Below, one piece after another: positions 42,030 to 54,812 of a DNA stretch of 64,000 bases; within the stretch, counting starts at the first letter, position 1; each line of letters starts with the position of its first letter. The position numbers and the translations under genes were made by a program. The DNA comes from Camelus dromedarius (Eukaryota): contig NC_087472.1 in NCBI RefSeq assembly GCF_036321535.1, positions 98,582,001 to 98,646,000 of the forward strand, given 5' to 3'. Below the pieces are notes generated by a model. That model saw only the letters and a list, made by a program, of their open reading frames with translations. It did no database searches and was not told the DNA's origin.

Positions 42030-42900
42030 TTCGGCTGTAATGGAGGCAAGTTTCATTAATACTTACCTTCCTAGAATCAGAGAATATGATTAAGCATTCA
42101 AACTTCAAAGGGATTCTCCTCAAGGAAAAAAGTAAATATGATCTAAATGTATATCACGCTTGTGATAGAATAATCACAGAGAGTAACTATTTCAAGTCTC
42201 TTCAAAATATACTTTACTTGTACATCCATAGTGTGATATAACAAAAGAACTGTTAAAGTCATATACTATTTTCAGTAATTGTATTGTTGGTAGCAGTGTG
42301 TTATTCTGTTACTGTTTTGTTGAAATTGTTGTGTGTTTTATAGGATGAAGCAATAGAACAATTATATGATAGTATCATTCTATCACTCTTGGTAACATTG
42401 GTAAGTAATTTCATCATGGGAGAAAGCAGATATATAAGAAGTTAAGTAAAAACCTTTAGAGTCTCTTGATGTATTATGTATGTATATATGTATATATGTT
42501 TCTTTTAGCTCTGTCCACTGAAAAAGCCTAGAAACAATGACCAATCTATTAATAAATGAACTCCCCCAGGTGGTGGTCTTCAAATACCATTTCCCAGGCC
42601 TTTGTAGAAAATGACTGATTCCAGGTCTGGGGTAGGAATTGCACAAGAGGAACTTGGATTATATTGTGATACAAGATAGAAAGAAAAAGACTACAAAGAT
42701 TGTATCAGTAGGACTCAGAAGTCAACATGAAGAGATTCACACTGGCCAGAGGTGGAGCAAATTGAGCATCTAAAAGGATAACAGCAATGGATGAAAACAG
42801 TAAATATTATTAAATATATTAATGTTTGATGCTAAATGTTAAATATACTAAATATATCCACATATTTAGTAACAGTTTAGTGATACTGAATATAGTAAAA
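42030..42900 (+). mobile_element. Old L1M (L1MC-like) 3' region
   Basis: ctgtccactgaaaaagcctagaaacaatgacc...caaataccatttccca...tgattccaggtctgggg; resemblance from memory. Confidence 0.6.
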
Positions 42901-43779
42901 ACTAATTGGACAATATATAACAGATGTACTTTTTCTCTTGATTCAGCAAACATTAATCTACTGCACTAGGGATATAAAGATGAATAAAACATAGCTTAGA
43001 GAAACAGATTAAGGAGATAGGGATTCACACAAATAAGTTAAAATACATAGAATTTCAATCTTCATGCAGTTTTAAGTTTCAATAACTTTATAAGTATAAA
43101 TGCCATAAAATATACAAATCAACATATGAAAGGTCAATTACTTAAAATTTTAAAATATTAATATATTTCTTATTAAAATTCAACATGACCATTATGTTGT
43201 GCTATACACTATGCAAGTCAAATTCCAAACTTTGTAAAACTTTTATTAGCTGCTCCTCCTCAGTGACTAAAAGGATTACATTCGGAATCTTGGCCTTAGT
43301 ACTACTCAAATAATGAAGTACTGATGCATACTTGACAATTCTGACATGACCCCCCCAAGACAAAGTCTAAGCGAGATGTATCAAGAGCCTGAAGTAGCCG
43401 AGTGTTTCCATAGGTCTAAAAAAACACAAATATTAAAATTAAAAACTTACTATTTGAAATAGAAATTAGACTATTAAATTTTCAAATGATGTTTGTGTAA
43501 GTCTGTAGCATATTTATACACGTGAAGTTATTAAAGCTTAAATATGCACTAAGACTTTTGGGACACCCACAGTTACTATAATAAAGGCAGGATCATGAGA
43601 CTGGGGAAGCAGAGAAGGAAACAACTAACTTTGCCTTAAAAAAAATCAGGAAAAGGTGGCTTTTAAGTGGGTCTTGGAAAAAGTTAGGTCTTTAGGCAAA
43701 TAAAATAAAGGTATTACTGCAAAAGCAATGAAAGTACACTCAAACACAGTTAAGCTACTGCAGTAATTTTAAGATTTTA

Positions 43780-43917
43780 GTTCTGCATATAAGTAGGAAT
43801 CACTTGGGAGTGAGTTAAAATGCAGATTCCCAGGTCCATCCCCAGAAAAAGAGATTCAGTCGATGTGGAGTGGGGTCCCAAAGATGATTTTGATAAAGAT
43901 AATATTTTGAGAAGCAG
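43780..43917. mobile_element. MER5-like fragment
   Basis: gaatcacttgggag...ttaaaatgcagattcccaggtccatcccca...ttttgagaagc. Confidence 0.6.
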
Positions 43918-45734
43918 TTATTCTATTTTAAAAGGTATTATATGATAGAAAAATACCAAACCCAATCAAACAAAAAAATAATCAAATATAAAGAATCCAT
44001 AAAACAGTAAACTGATCTAAAAATATCTGTTGACTCACTCTCAGTTCTCAGCTCCTCAGAACTATGTGTTTTGCTTATACATTCCCCCAATATATTGATT
44101 GGTTTTTCTTTTTTTTTCCTGCTAGTAAACGTATTTCTTTCTTTAAATAACTTACTACTTTGGACAACTGCTTCTACTTGTTTATATCTCTGCTGTCTTT
44201 CAGCCAGAATGCCCCTTCATTATTGAAAGCCAAAGGCTTTCATAAAGGGAAAGACAGAATAATAAAAACAAAACAACAAAACAGAACAACACAAAAAAGG
44301 GCATATTAACCTGCTACTTTATATTAGGGAGGAGAATAGAAACTAAATGACTATGTTCTATTTAGTTAAGCTATAATTTTATCAAGTTCATTTTATCATG
44401 CTAAATATTTAAATAGCCCTAGGTACTTTGGGGGATTCATCTTATTAGTAAATTATTTTATTTCCATCAAAATGTGATTTTAAAATATTTGCTTCTCAAG
44501 TGTGGGTTTTATTAACACTTAGGGTCAAATCTTTTCCCAAAAGATCATACCTCTAGTTTTAAAAATAAAATAGCACTGAATATGGAGAAATCTCCATTTT
44601 ATGAACCTATTCATACTATGGAAAGGTACACCTCTGACGTTCCAGTTATTTTTAGGTTATGAATAAATTTAGATGTTTAAAATTGGATTTAGAGCTATGC
44701 CACTATATGCTTCCAGGAATTCTCCTCAGTAGCTCATGCTGTCTTTTACTGTACATGCAAAATAACATTTGCATTTCTTCTTTATCCTTTTCCATATAAT
44801 GCTTATACAAACCATGTGATGCACATTTAAATGCACCAAATTCCTAATAAGACAATATTCATAAAAGTGAGGAGTGTTTCTTCAATTTTATCACTTTTTT
44901 CCTTAGAAAAGTAAGTATGCAGAGAAATAGTCTCCCACAGATGAGCTATGCCCTTATACAGGATCAGAATCAGTTATCCTTTCTGTGAAACAATGATCCA
45001 ATTGCTATACTGAGTAGAATACATAAAAAATTCTATCCTATATGTTACCATTGATGTTCCATACTTTGTCAGTAAGTTTTAAGTACCTGGGGATTAGACT
45101 GCTCAGTACAGGTAATATTTCTCATCAATTGTGTGTTATATACAGTCATAAGAATAGTATGCAGGTTATTAATATTAAATACATAGAGAGGGAAGAGAAA
45201 TAGTGTATGTCTCTAATGCTATATGCTACTTTATGGAACATCATAATTATAAATGTTATAAATTTTCATCTCTACCTTTTAAGTACATATATTATAGTAC
45301 AGTCGTACAAATATAAAAAATGTTTTGCTTACAAGTAATATTTAAATGATCCATTAGGGAAAACCTTTGATAATGGTACCTTCATACTGAATACTTCACA
45401 CATTCTATCATCAAGCTACCAAAATTTCTTCATATGCTTGTGATTAATTCATGTAATGAGTTAGTGTTATACTCTTATTCATTAATTTGTTTACTTAAGT
45501 CACAATACCATTTACCAAAAAGGTTTTTTTGGGGCATCTTCTAAATGCAATTCACTGTCAGGCACTATTGGGTGATCAAAGATAAATTAAACTTAGTCCT
45601 TGGCCATCATTACTTCATTATTTAGTAGAGGAGAAGAAACCATTCAAATAATAATACAAGGTGGGCAAAATGAATGCTAACAGAAGCTTCCATTAAAAAG
45701 GAGATAAAATTCAGACTTGCTCACTTAAAAAAAA

Positions 45735-45861
45735 TTTTTTTTGTTGGGGGGTGGATTAGGCTTATTTGTTTATTTGGTTTTTCAATGGAGGTACTAGGGG
45801 TTGAACCCAGGATCTTGTGCGTGCTAAGCATGTGCTCTACCACTGAGCTATACCCTCCCCC
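45735..45861 (-). mobile_element. tRNA-derived SINE, same family as the copy at 54653
   Basis: Minus strand GGGGGAGGGTATAGCTCAGTGGTAGAGCAC...GGGTTCAACCCC; degenerate TSD AGACTTGCTCACT (45713-45725) / AGACTTGTTAACT (45863-45875). Confidence 0.88.
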
Positions 45862-46308
45862 TAGACTTGTTAACTCTTGAATAACCTTCTGGGAGAGATG
45901 ATATTTTAGCTGGCCTTAGATAGCTTTTAAATATGGAAATGGGGGTTCAAGGGGAAAGACTATTCCAGATTATGCAAATACAATGAACAAAGGCACAATC
46001 GGGAGTAAGCAAACCAATTTGGCTACAGCCTAAGATACGTGGGGTGAGTGCAGTGAGAAAGAAAGTCTAGAAAATAATGAGTCATATTGTGGAGAGCTAT
46101 CAATGCTAGGATGGAGAAATTGTGTTGTTTTAAAGGGAATAAAATACTTATTTTTCTGTAACAACCTATTTTGAAGCCCCATTCCACCAGGGTAGCAAAG
46201 ACAACTCAGTCAACTGACAATTTCTTGTGACTTTCTTTGGGAGTGGTTCTGAAGTCAGGGTAGCTTACCTTGTGCCATGGTTGGTGTTAAATAGCAATGT
46301 GAATGGTA

Positions 46309-46311
<3 letters not shown>

Positions 46312-46359
<48 letters not shown>
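46312..46359 (+). repeat. (GT)24 microsatellite
   Basis: Read directly from the sequence. Confidence 0.97.
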
Positions 46360-46360
<1 letters not shown>

Positions 46361-47244
46361 GAGGGAGTTTGGGGGGTGAGTTTGGAAACTTTGGTCTAGC
46401 TTAACAACTCAAATAGACATCTCTTGTTCCTTTCCTCATGGTTTCTTTCCTCTTGTTCCTTTTCTTTAGTTATAAGAGTAACCTTGGTGCCATGTCTCAG
46501 ATGGCAGAAGCTCTGCAAAACTGTGTATCTTCCTAAACATGCCAAGTAGACATTTCATTTCTAGGGAGAAGTGTGCACTTTACTCTGCTACAAGGGAGTG
46601 CTCACAGATATTTGAGTATGGGAAGTATGTGATCAGATGTATGTTTTATGAAAATGATAGGAAAGAAGTTGTGGATTTGGAAGGGAGAAAAACTGGAGGT
46701 ATGGTCAAAACACTCTTTAAATAGAAAATGTGATATCTAATCAGTGCTTGAACTGAGGTTATGGTGGAAGATGAGATGAGAAGAGGCAGATGACATTTAT
46801 GTAGGCAGGAATGAGAGAATTGGGTAACTGATTCATTAGATATCGAGAATAATGGGGAGGGGAAAGTTAAATATTACCCCAGGAATTCAAGCTTGAGCAA
46901 ATAGATGAATGACACTGTAGAGATGGTAGGAGGAGAGAATTTAGGGGGGATAATTAATTCTGTTTTGGGCATGTGAAATTAGAAGTGGCTGAGAGTCAGG
47001 ACATATGCAAAGCTGTCCAGCAAGTAGCTGAAAAAGCTGAACTGGATCTAGAATAGAGCCAGATCTTGGAGATATTTACATGAGGAGATAGATAAAGGTA
47101 CATTAAAAAAAAAAAACAAATTCATCAAAAAAGAATATGTATAGTGAGAAGATATGTAAGGACAAGATCAGACAATGCTTATATTTAAGAGCCAGATGAA
47201 AAGTTAGTTGTGTGGCCAGGAGTAAATGGAGAAAGTGGTGTTAT

Positions 47245-47458
47245 AGAGGCATCTCTAATAAAACTTATAGTAATAATAGAGTTATAATAATATGTTCTAT
47301 GACTGTGTTGTCTAATAGTCATTAAGCATGTGTGGCTATTAAGCACTTAAAATGTGGCTAGTGCAAATGAAGAACTGAATTTGTAATTTTACTTAATTTT
47401 AATTAAATTTTATATTTTAATTGCAGCTACTGGTTACCATATTAGATAGCAGTGCAGG
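47245..47458. mobile_element. MER3-like hAT-Charlie element
   Basis: catgtgtggctattaagcacttaaaatgtggctagtgcaaatgaagaactgaattt...ttttaattaaatt...accatattagatagc. Confidence 0.8.
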
Positions 47459-50185
47459 TCTAGAGAAATATACTATAGTCTATCCAACAGTTACAAAACA
47501 AGAAGCCACATAATAAGAATTTCAAACAAATAACAGTAAAAACAATATCTAGGAAGAAAATAAGACATTTAATCTCCAGTTATTAACCAGATTGTTCACT
47601 TTTTTTTCCCTTTAGCAAAGGGCAGATTCCAGCCTATTATGACATCTACTGTAGCAACACAGTAAAATGACACCAGTTCTCTCTGTAAGATAATATACGA
47701 AAAAGAGTCATGAAAATGAGTTCAAAGAACCCATCTCATAGCTTTGTGAGCATAGAGAAAGCTGTGCCAGCGATAAAAGATTTGCAATGGATGGAAGATA
47801 AAAGTCCACACTAAATTCATATTCATCAGAGATTGAAGGCTGACTGAGTGTTCTGGGTGCAAAGAAGAATGTCTATGGTGAAGACACAAGTATCAGTATT
47901 CTTCTTGAATGTGTTATCAAAATGCCATTGCTTAACTCTAATTTCAGATATAAAAAATGTCCCTGGTAAACAAGGCAGAGATATAATAATCCCACAAGTA
48001 CCTCCTTGGCAATCTCTTCACCATTGTGACTGACTCAATGACCACAAACTTGTTAGTGTTACTGCCATTGTTTCAGGAATGAGAAGAGGAAGGTTCATGA
48101 GGAACGGTATCTACTAAAATCCTAAAATGGCCAGTTTTTTAAAAAAGGAATTGGCTAAGATTTTCATTAGGTTAAATAAGGTTACAAGTTGAAACATAAA
48201 AAGTGCAATAAACAAAGAATGGGAAGAGAATGTGGGTGGGCATGAACTTAATGGCCATTTTAGTCTTTCTGTTAGTGAACATAACTGTATTTTTTGGCAT
48301 CTTGGATCATATTCCTCTTCAAAATTCTGCTCTGGTTTTCCCCCAGGAGGTCATCTAAAATGAAGCCCCATTTGACTCTAATCACTCTAGCCTTTCACTT
48401 GACAATGAAAGATAAATGTTCCAATAGTTGAATGGGTGTGGAAACTAATCATTTAGCATACAGAGACTTGGGGGTACAGGCAGAAGCGGAGCTGACTGTT
48501 TTTTCAGCATCCAAATGGCTCTCTAACAAATCCAAAATCCACTGAGGCTTTTCAAGATTGAAGTGTCAAAATGCATGAAAAGTAAAAATGTCAAGTCAAG
48601 GCACCACTGAATAGAAACCTCATTAGAGTGAGATGGTGATTCCTATAACTTTAATAGCTTTGTTTTGACAACCTGAAGGTGCAGCAAGTGTGCTAATCCC
48701 CATTACGAACCAAGTTTGTTTCTCCTGCATGTCTTGAGGCAAAACCTAAATGGCTTTGAATGACCAATCAGGTAACCACTAACTATACATATTTTATGTT
48801 TCCATCGGTAATCTATTTGTTAGTCTTAGTCTTTCCCATTAGATTGTCAATATTTTCAAAGAAGGAACCCTATATTCAACTGGACTGTCTCTTTAATTTC
48901 TCAAGGTGCTCTGTACATTCTATAAATAAAATCCAAATTTATCAACTTTGATTATTTTATTACATTGAGTCTCTTTTTCCATTCCATAGTAAATATTTTT
49001 AACAGAGGTTTTATGGGTTAGGTATAATATGCAACTTTTAAAACCACCTTAAAAAAAAAAACTAATTGCTAAACAAACTACTACAGTACATTCAGTTTCT
49101 CCACACTCCTATTTTGTACAAAAATAGACTGAGTTTCACAGTTTTAAAATTATTTTAAACATGAATTTGGTTTTAAACTGTAATTTGCATGATCTCAGCA
49201 GATACTTTCAACAAAAATAATTGGGCTTTTCTCTGCATGAAGATTCAGATTATGTAAAAGATAATAAGAATTTTATATTCATACAATGAAGCTAAAATTT
49301 CCTTGTAATAAAAAGCCTCTCTAGCTTCCACACATTCAAGCTACTGACTATAATGACCATCTAATATATCTTTAGGGAAAAAAAATCTATAAGGTCTAAG
49401 TGATGGAGGATAATTTTTCCCTTCTGATAAATCAATCCAGCTAAAGAGTTCAAGCAAAGATAAGTATCACACTCCATTACAAATAAAAATATAAATTAAA
49501 CATTGATTCTTCAATTCAAGATCATACACTTGACTGCCAGAAAATAAATGGAAGTTATAGTATATTCAAAACAAATTCCAAATATTAGTTTAAAAAATTC
49601 CTTAAGCCCATCTATCTTTTTTTAAAAATCTATTTAGATTGCATTTTCTTGGACAAAATGGAACCATTTCTTTTCAGTAACTGTGTCCAACATTTGAAAA
49701 AGTGCCATTTACCCAGGAATTCAATAAACATTTTTAGATCACTGATGATGATAAGATATCTAAAGCCTGATAAATACTAAACTGTCCAAGTAATAGTACT
49801 AGCTTAAATCAAGGTTTAATTTGGTACACCTTCAAAACAGATACTAATAGAATCAGTATTCGTTTAGTGTTTCCTACTAGTAACACTCAGTGATTATAGG
49901 GCAGAATTTTGTGCTTTGAAAAAATTCAAGTAGTCTTCCCCCTCCTACCACACCTACCACCCATATTCCAGTAGACTACATTTAAAATACCAACACACAC
50001 ACAGATGCATACAAACATACCACTGAGGGAAGAGAAGTTCTTTAAATTCAACCTTTACCAAGCTGTTTTCTTCATATATAAAATTTTAACACCTAATTTT
50101 ATTGTCTCTTTCCTTATATTCAAGTAAACATTGTTGTCTTTAAAATTCTACAATGCTATATCAGAATTCTTTACAGGTTCATTAC

Positions 50186-50562
50186 TGTAGCAGATTCGGC
50201 TTATGAATTCTAAACATACACTTTCTTTTCTTAAGGAAAAGTAAATTTCCTGGAGCTACTGAAGTTGGCCGTGGTGGATATATGACTTCCTTTGTCCAAC
50301 GAAATGTGAGCAGAAGTGCTATGTATCATCTCCATGCAGAAACTTTAAGAACCAGTGCATAGTTCACCATGCTCTCTTTTCCCTCTGCCAGCAGTGTTTA
50401 AGAAGAGGCTATTCTAAGCTTTGAAGTGAAGAGGATGTGGAGTAGAGCTATAGCAACCCAGGATGGACATGGAACATGAACACTAGGTATGAGTATTATT
50501 GGAAGCCACTAACATTTTCAGATTGTTACTACCGCATAATCTAGTTTACCCTGACTTGATAC
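50186..50562 (+). mobile_element. MLT1 (H/J-like) MaLR LTR
   Basis: tg...ca ends; ccaacgaaatgtgagcagaagtg; aagccactaacatttt...ttgttactaccgcataatctagtttaccctgac. Confidence 0.75.
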
Positions 50563-51430
50563 AATCCTCCACCAAACAAAAGGGGAAAAAATAGAACACT
50601 CATGCAAATGAAGACCTGACCAATGCAGAATTTAATAGAGTAAGTATTCCATGGATTTTACATGTTGCACTTACTCATTTCAGGAAATATGAGTGCTATT
50701 TTTCAGAGATGCTATGTCACTCCTCATACACAGTAATTCACAATTAACCTCAGATTACATTTTGCTACGTTCATGCAAACCTAGTCTTTTCCCATCTTGT
50801 ATTTCAGAGAATTTTTGTCTCATTTCGTAAGTTTGATTCGTGCTCACTTTTCCTAATTAGTTAATTCTGACCAGTTCTTCAACCTGCCACTGTCAATATT
50901 CAATTTCAATCCATTACTTCACTTGTGTTGGGGTTTCCTTTCATCTGAATTACCCATCTGATATTGGCAGTTATTCTGACCGGTTCCAACCCAAGGGACC
51001 TGGGTTATCAAAACCTACTTTGGCAGCAGGGGTAAAATGCCTTAGAAAGTTAGTGCCTGTAACTAGTAGCTCCATATTTTCTTTGATTTGCTACTTTCAT
51101 CTTATGTAGGTATGAAAATTCATGTGATAGATTTGTGTAATGACTCAATGATATAATCCATGTAAGGCACAATATGATTCATAGTAAATGTTAAAAATGT
51201 TATTATTATTCCTTCTTGTTTTATTGACTTCTAGTTCTTGCCTCTCTATTGATACTGCATTAGTTTCTAGCACTGGTTCTCTCCTTATTACAAATGCACA
51301 ATGACCATTTTCATTAATAACTTACAGTTCATGTTTCAAAGAACAAGTCTAATCCTTTTAGATACATATTTATGGCACAGATGGACTCTGAACTGATAAC
51401 TACAGTTGTAAATTGAAAACTTTAACTAGG

Positions 51431-51843
51431 CTCTTTTATCAAAGTGTGGGCTCTGGGCTGATATCACCTATAGATAGCTGAACTTCCTGATCCATAGTTC
51501 TCAGTCATTCGGACTGTGGTGAAGTTTAGGGAATCTCTATTTTTAACAAGCTTCCCTAGGTGAATCATGGTCCATGGACCAACTATTGGGAAACACTGTT
51601 CTTGATCACATATTATTCCCACCTCACATTCACCTCATACTAAACCAGTAAAGTGTGAGTACATCACAGTAGTTATCAACTTTGGCTCCATATTAGAATC
51701 AACTGAGGCATTGTTTTAAAAATACCAATTCCAACCCCACCACAGAGAGTCTAATAGGTCTCAAAAGCGATCCAGATATCAGTGTTTTTAAATAAAAACG
51801 TCTTTACTTGATTCTAAGGTTAAGTCAAGCTTGAGGAGCAGTG
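51431..51843. mobile_element. Two adjacent MER5-like elements (~51431-51598 and ~51667-51843)
   Basis: gggaatctctatttttaacaagcttccctaggtga...gggaaacactg; cagtagttatcaactttggctccatattagaatca...tttaaaaatacc. Confidence 0.6.
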
Positions 51844-51867
51844 AGCAAGAAGTATTACAAACTATGT

Positions 51868-51901
51868 CAAAACACATGGATTTACAAAACACATGGATTT
51901 A
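51868..51901. repeat. Perfect 17-bp tandem duplication CAAAACACATGGATTTA x2
   Basis: Read directly from the sequence. Confidence 0.95.
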
Positions 51902-52644
51902 AGTCCTGGCCGTGTCACTTACTGATCACGTCACTGTTCCTCTGAAATTCCAAATACTAATTTACAAAATCAAGATAATGGCATTTGGTCTATCTACTTC
52001 ATCTGATTATTGTGAGGAACAAATCTGATAATATGTTGTAAAAGCATTTTGCCAATCCTTAAAATAGTTATTGCTTGTCCATTAAACTTTACATAGCCTT
52101 TTTTTCTTGCTAATAATTTTAAAATGTCATAAGAAATAGGGTTTATCCAGATGACGTGGTTTGAGGGAGGAATTACAAAAGTGAATAGAAGGGCAAAGGG
52201 CAGAATGCATTTCAATTTTTAAAGGCAGTTCAGAATCCTTGTGGGGAGACAAGACAGGAGAATGTTTGTGTAGATAGTTTAATGGGAAGAAACAGGAAGC
52301 CCAGTTAAGATATTTAGTGGGATGAGGAGGGCTATGGAAAACAGTGAGACATTAAAAAGGAAATTAATAAGTATAGTATTAATAACTGCTGAATAGCGCT
52401 AGGGTAGACATTTCAAAAGGCATTATAAACTTTGGGGATTGCACTTAAATAAGAGCAAGAGACACAAGAAAATATTTACAAAACCAGCACCAATAAAGGT
52501 ACCTAATGGAACCTTTTGATTTTTCCCTTTAAGTACTTTGATAATTCCTACTATGGCACTGCAGAGTCCAACAACATTATGTTCTATATTATTTTATGGC
52601 TCAGGTTTCCAAATTTGCTATCAGATCAAACTTGGAATTTTTAA

Positions 52645-52729
52645 AAATTGAAGTATAGTCAGTTACAATGTGTCAATTTATGATGTACAGCACAATGTCC
52701 CTATCATGCATATACATACATATATTCAA
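52645..52729 (-). mobile_element. ~85-bp extreme 3' L1 fragment with TSD
   Basis: ttgaagtatagtcagttacaatgtgtcaatt...tacatacatatattc, flanked by CAAACTTGGAATTTTTAA (52627-52644) and CAAACTTGAAATTTTTAA (52730-52747). Confidence 0.82.
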
Positions 52730-53619
52730 CAAACTTGAAATTTTTAAGCTACAAAAGCATTCTAAATGATACTCAAAAATGCACACATGGATTTATTTGG
52801 AGAGGGTGGGAAGCAGATTGAACAGTAATAGGAACCTTTTCTAGCTCCCAAACCAGCCTTCGCCTCCAAGCCTCTGATCCTCTCCACAATAATTCCTTTC
52901 CTCTGCCCTCCCCAGTTCACCAGTTAGTTTCATGGAGGAAACTGCCATCACCACTGTTGCCCCCAACTCATCTCCCTGGAGCTGCAAGCATTAAAAGGAC
53001 AAGAAATATGAAGAAACAGCCTTAAAATTTTAAGGACTAATTTTGTATTTATAATAATGATACACCTGAATTTCATCAAGTTTGAAAAAAGTATTTTCTG
53101 TTTCATTCTCTCAGGTCTTCATGAGCATCAGAATGTATAGCAGCTACATTTAAAATCCTATAACCCTTTTTTGGGGGTATGAAATTTTAAGGGGAAAATG
53201 AATGCTTTCATTCTTCCAACAGACATTTATTTGCCAGGCACTGAAGACACACAAGTGCAAAAGGCAGACAACATGCCTTCACCAAGTCTCCCACTGCAAA
53301 CCTTTTCTTAAATGGGTTAGTATTACTTTTGGCTTGAGTCTTTAAAAAGAATAATCACAGTACATTACAAATGGGAGCATATCAGGGATTCTCTTCTTAA
53401 AAACGCATCACCTACAAGGGTTAAGAATCACCTAACTCATCTTTCTGCATCTACTTCCTTATACATAATATGGCAATAATGGTAAAAGTTCTATCTTCTT
53501 AGAGTCTTTGTGAGAAAATTTAAAAAGCCTCCCAAAAGGTGAACTGCACAATAAAATAGTATGACAAAGTATAGTAATTCAGAAAGTAGGACAATGAAAG
53601 TACATTACATAAATAAGCA

Positions 53620-54150
53620 AAAAGACTTTGAGAACAGGAGGTGGTACAATTGTAAAGATGAGCATGTATACAGTACTGTATAACCCAGCAGTCATCCTCC
53701 TATTTATAAACTTTAATATAGGTATATATACAAATGTTCATGGTAAGGAGAATGGATAAACATGTTGGAGTATATACAAACAATTAAATATTATCTGAAG
53801 GGAGAACAAATGAACTACAGTGACTAAACAAAACATGAATGAAGTCAGAAATACAAGATCAAATGAAAAAAGTAATATGCAGATACTATTTTTACAAAGC
53901 TCAAAGAGAAGCATAATTAAATGAGATATCTAGAAAATGTATGAAACTATTCTAAGAAAAGTACGAAGTAATAAACACCCTGAGAAGAAGCAGGGTAATG
54001 AAATGAGGGAGGGTTACAATTATAACTAAAATAATGTTGGTAATGCTCTAGCGATTAAATTATACAGCCCATTTATGAATATTTTTATGCTTCATAACAT
54101 ATATAACATACATTCTTTTGCATATATATAAAATATTACATAAATTTAAA
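53620..54150 (+). mobile_element. Old L1ME-like 3' region
   Basis: aacccagcagt...aaatgttcat...gaatggataaa...atgaactacag...aacatgaatgaa. Confidence 0.6.
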
Positions 54151-54652
54151 AACATAATAGTGAGAAAATAGTTGTCAAAGAAATAGTATCCTGCCATTTG
54201 CTATCTAAAAGAATTTGTAGTATCCTATGCCACATATCTAGTTCTGTTATTACTCATGGTGATACTATGTACATCTTTAAAAGCGTTTTGGCAAGATGTT
54301 AAGATAACACTCAATATAGTCTAGGCTTGTAAAAAAAAAATAAGCCTACAAAAAATCTATTTCATTTTTGTTTAATATACAGTAAGTTTTAAAGTTTTTT
54401 TTTTACAAGTCAGGCAAGTTTCAGAAAGTTGGAGTAACAATAAATTACGTCCAAATATTCTAAACAGTGCTTCCTTAAAGTCTTAGCATGTAATAATTTC
54501 ATCACTTTTATTTACCTTTCATTCTGAACCACCAGAAAACCTGCAGCTACCAATAATCATTTTTTATATCAAGAATGAGGACTTCTCTCTATTTCTATTT
54601 GTATATTTATATCTATTCTGATTATAAAGCTATATTCTAGACCATCAAAAGT

Positions 54653-54758
54653 GGGGGGAGGGTATAGCTCAGTGGTAGAGTACTTGTCTAGCATGCATGA
54701 GGTCCTGGGTTCAATCCCCAGTACTTCCATTAAATAAGTAAACCTAATTACCTTCTCC

Positions 54759-54808
<50 letters not shown>
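54653..54808 (+). mobile_element. tRNA-derived SINE (Vic-1-like, camelid type) with a 48-nt poly(A)
   Basis: Head GGGGAGGGTATAGCTCAGTGGTAGAG, A box at 54665-54675, B box GGTTCAATCCC at 54708-54718, pure A run at 54761-54808. Confidence 0.9.

Positions 54809-54812
<4 letters not shown>

Larger units (their letters stand above)
45480..47240 (-). mobile_element. Fragmented L2 LINE, interrupted by a SINE and the (GT)n repeat
   Basis: Purine-rich reverse-L2 motifs, e.g. aattctgttttgggcatgtgaaattaga...gctgtccagcaagtagctg, and tcaggcactattggg near the 3' end. Confidence 0.6.

Noticed and set aside
42061..42080. Consensus donor AAG|gtaagt on the gene strand
   Set aside because: No convincing acceptor was seen within exon distance upstream, and it lies in old L1-like sequence.
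54653..54726. tRNA gene-like sequence with A and B boxes (also at 45790-45861)
   Set aside because: It is followed by a SINE body and poly(A), with two diverged copies in the window: a tRNA-derived SINE, not a tRNA gene.
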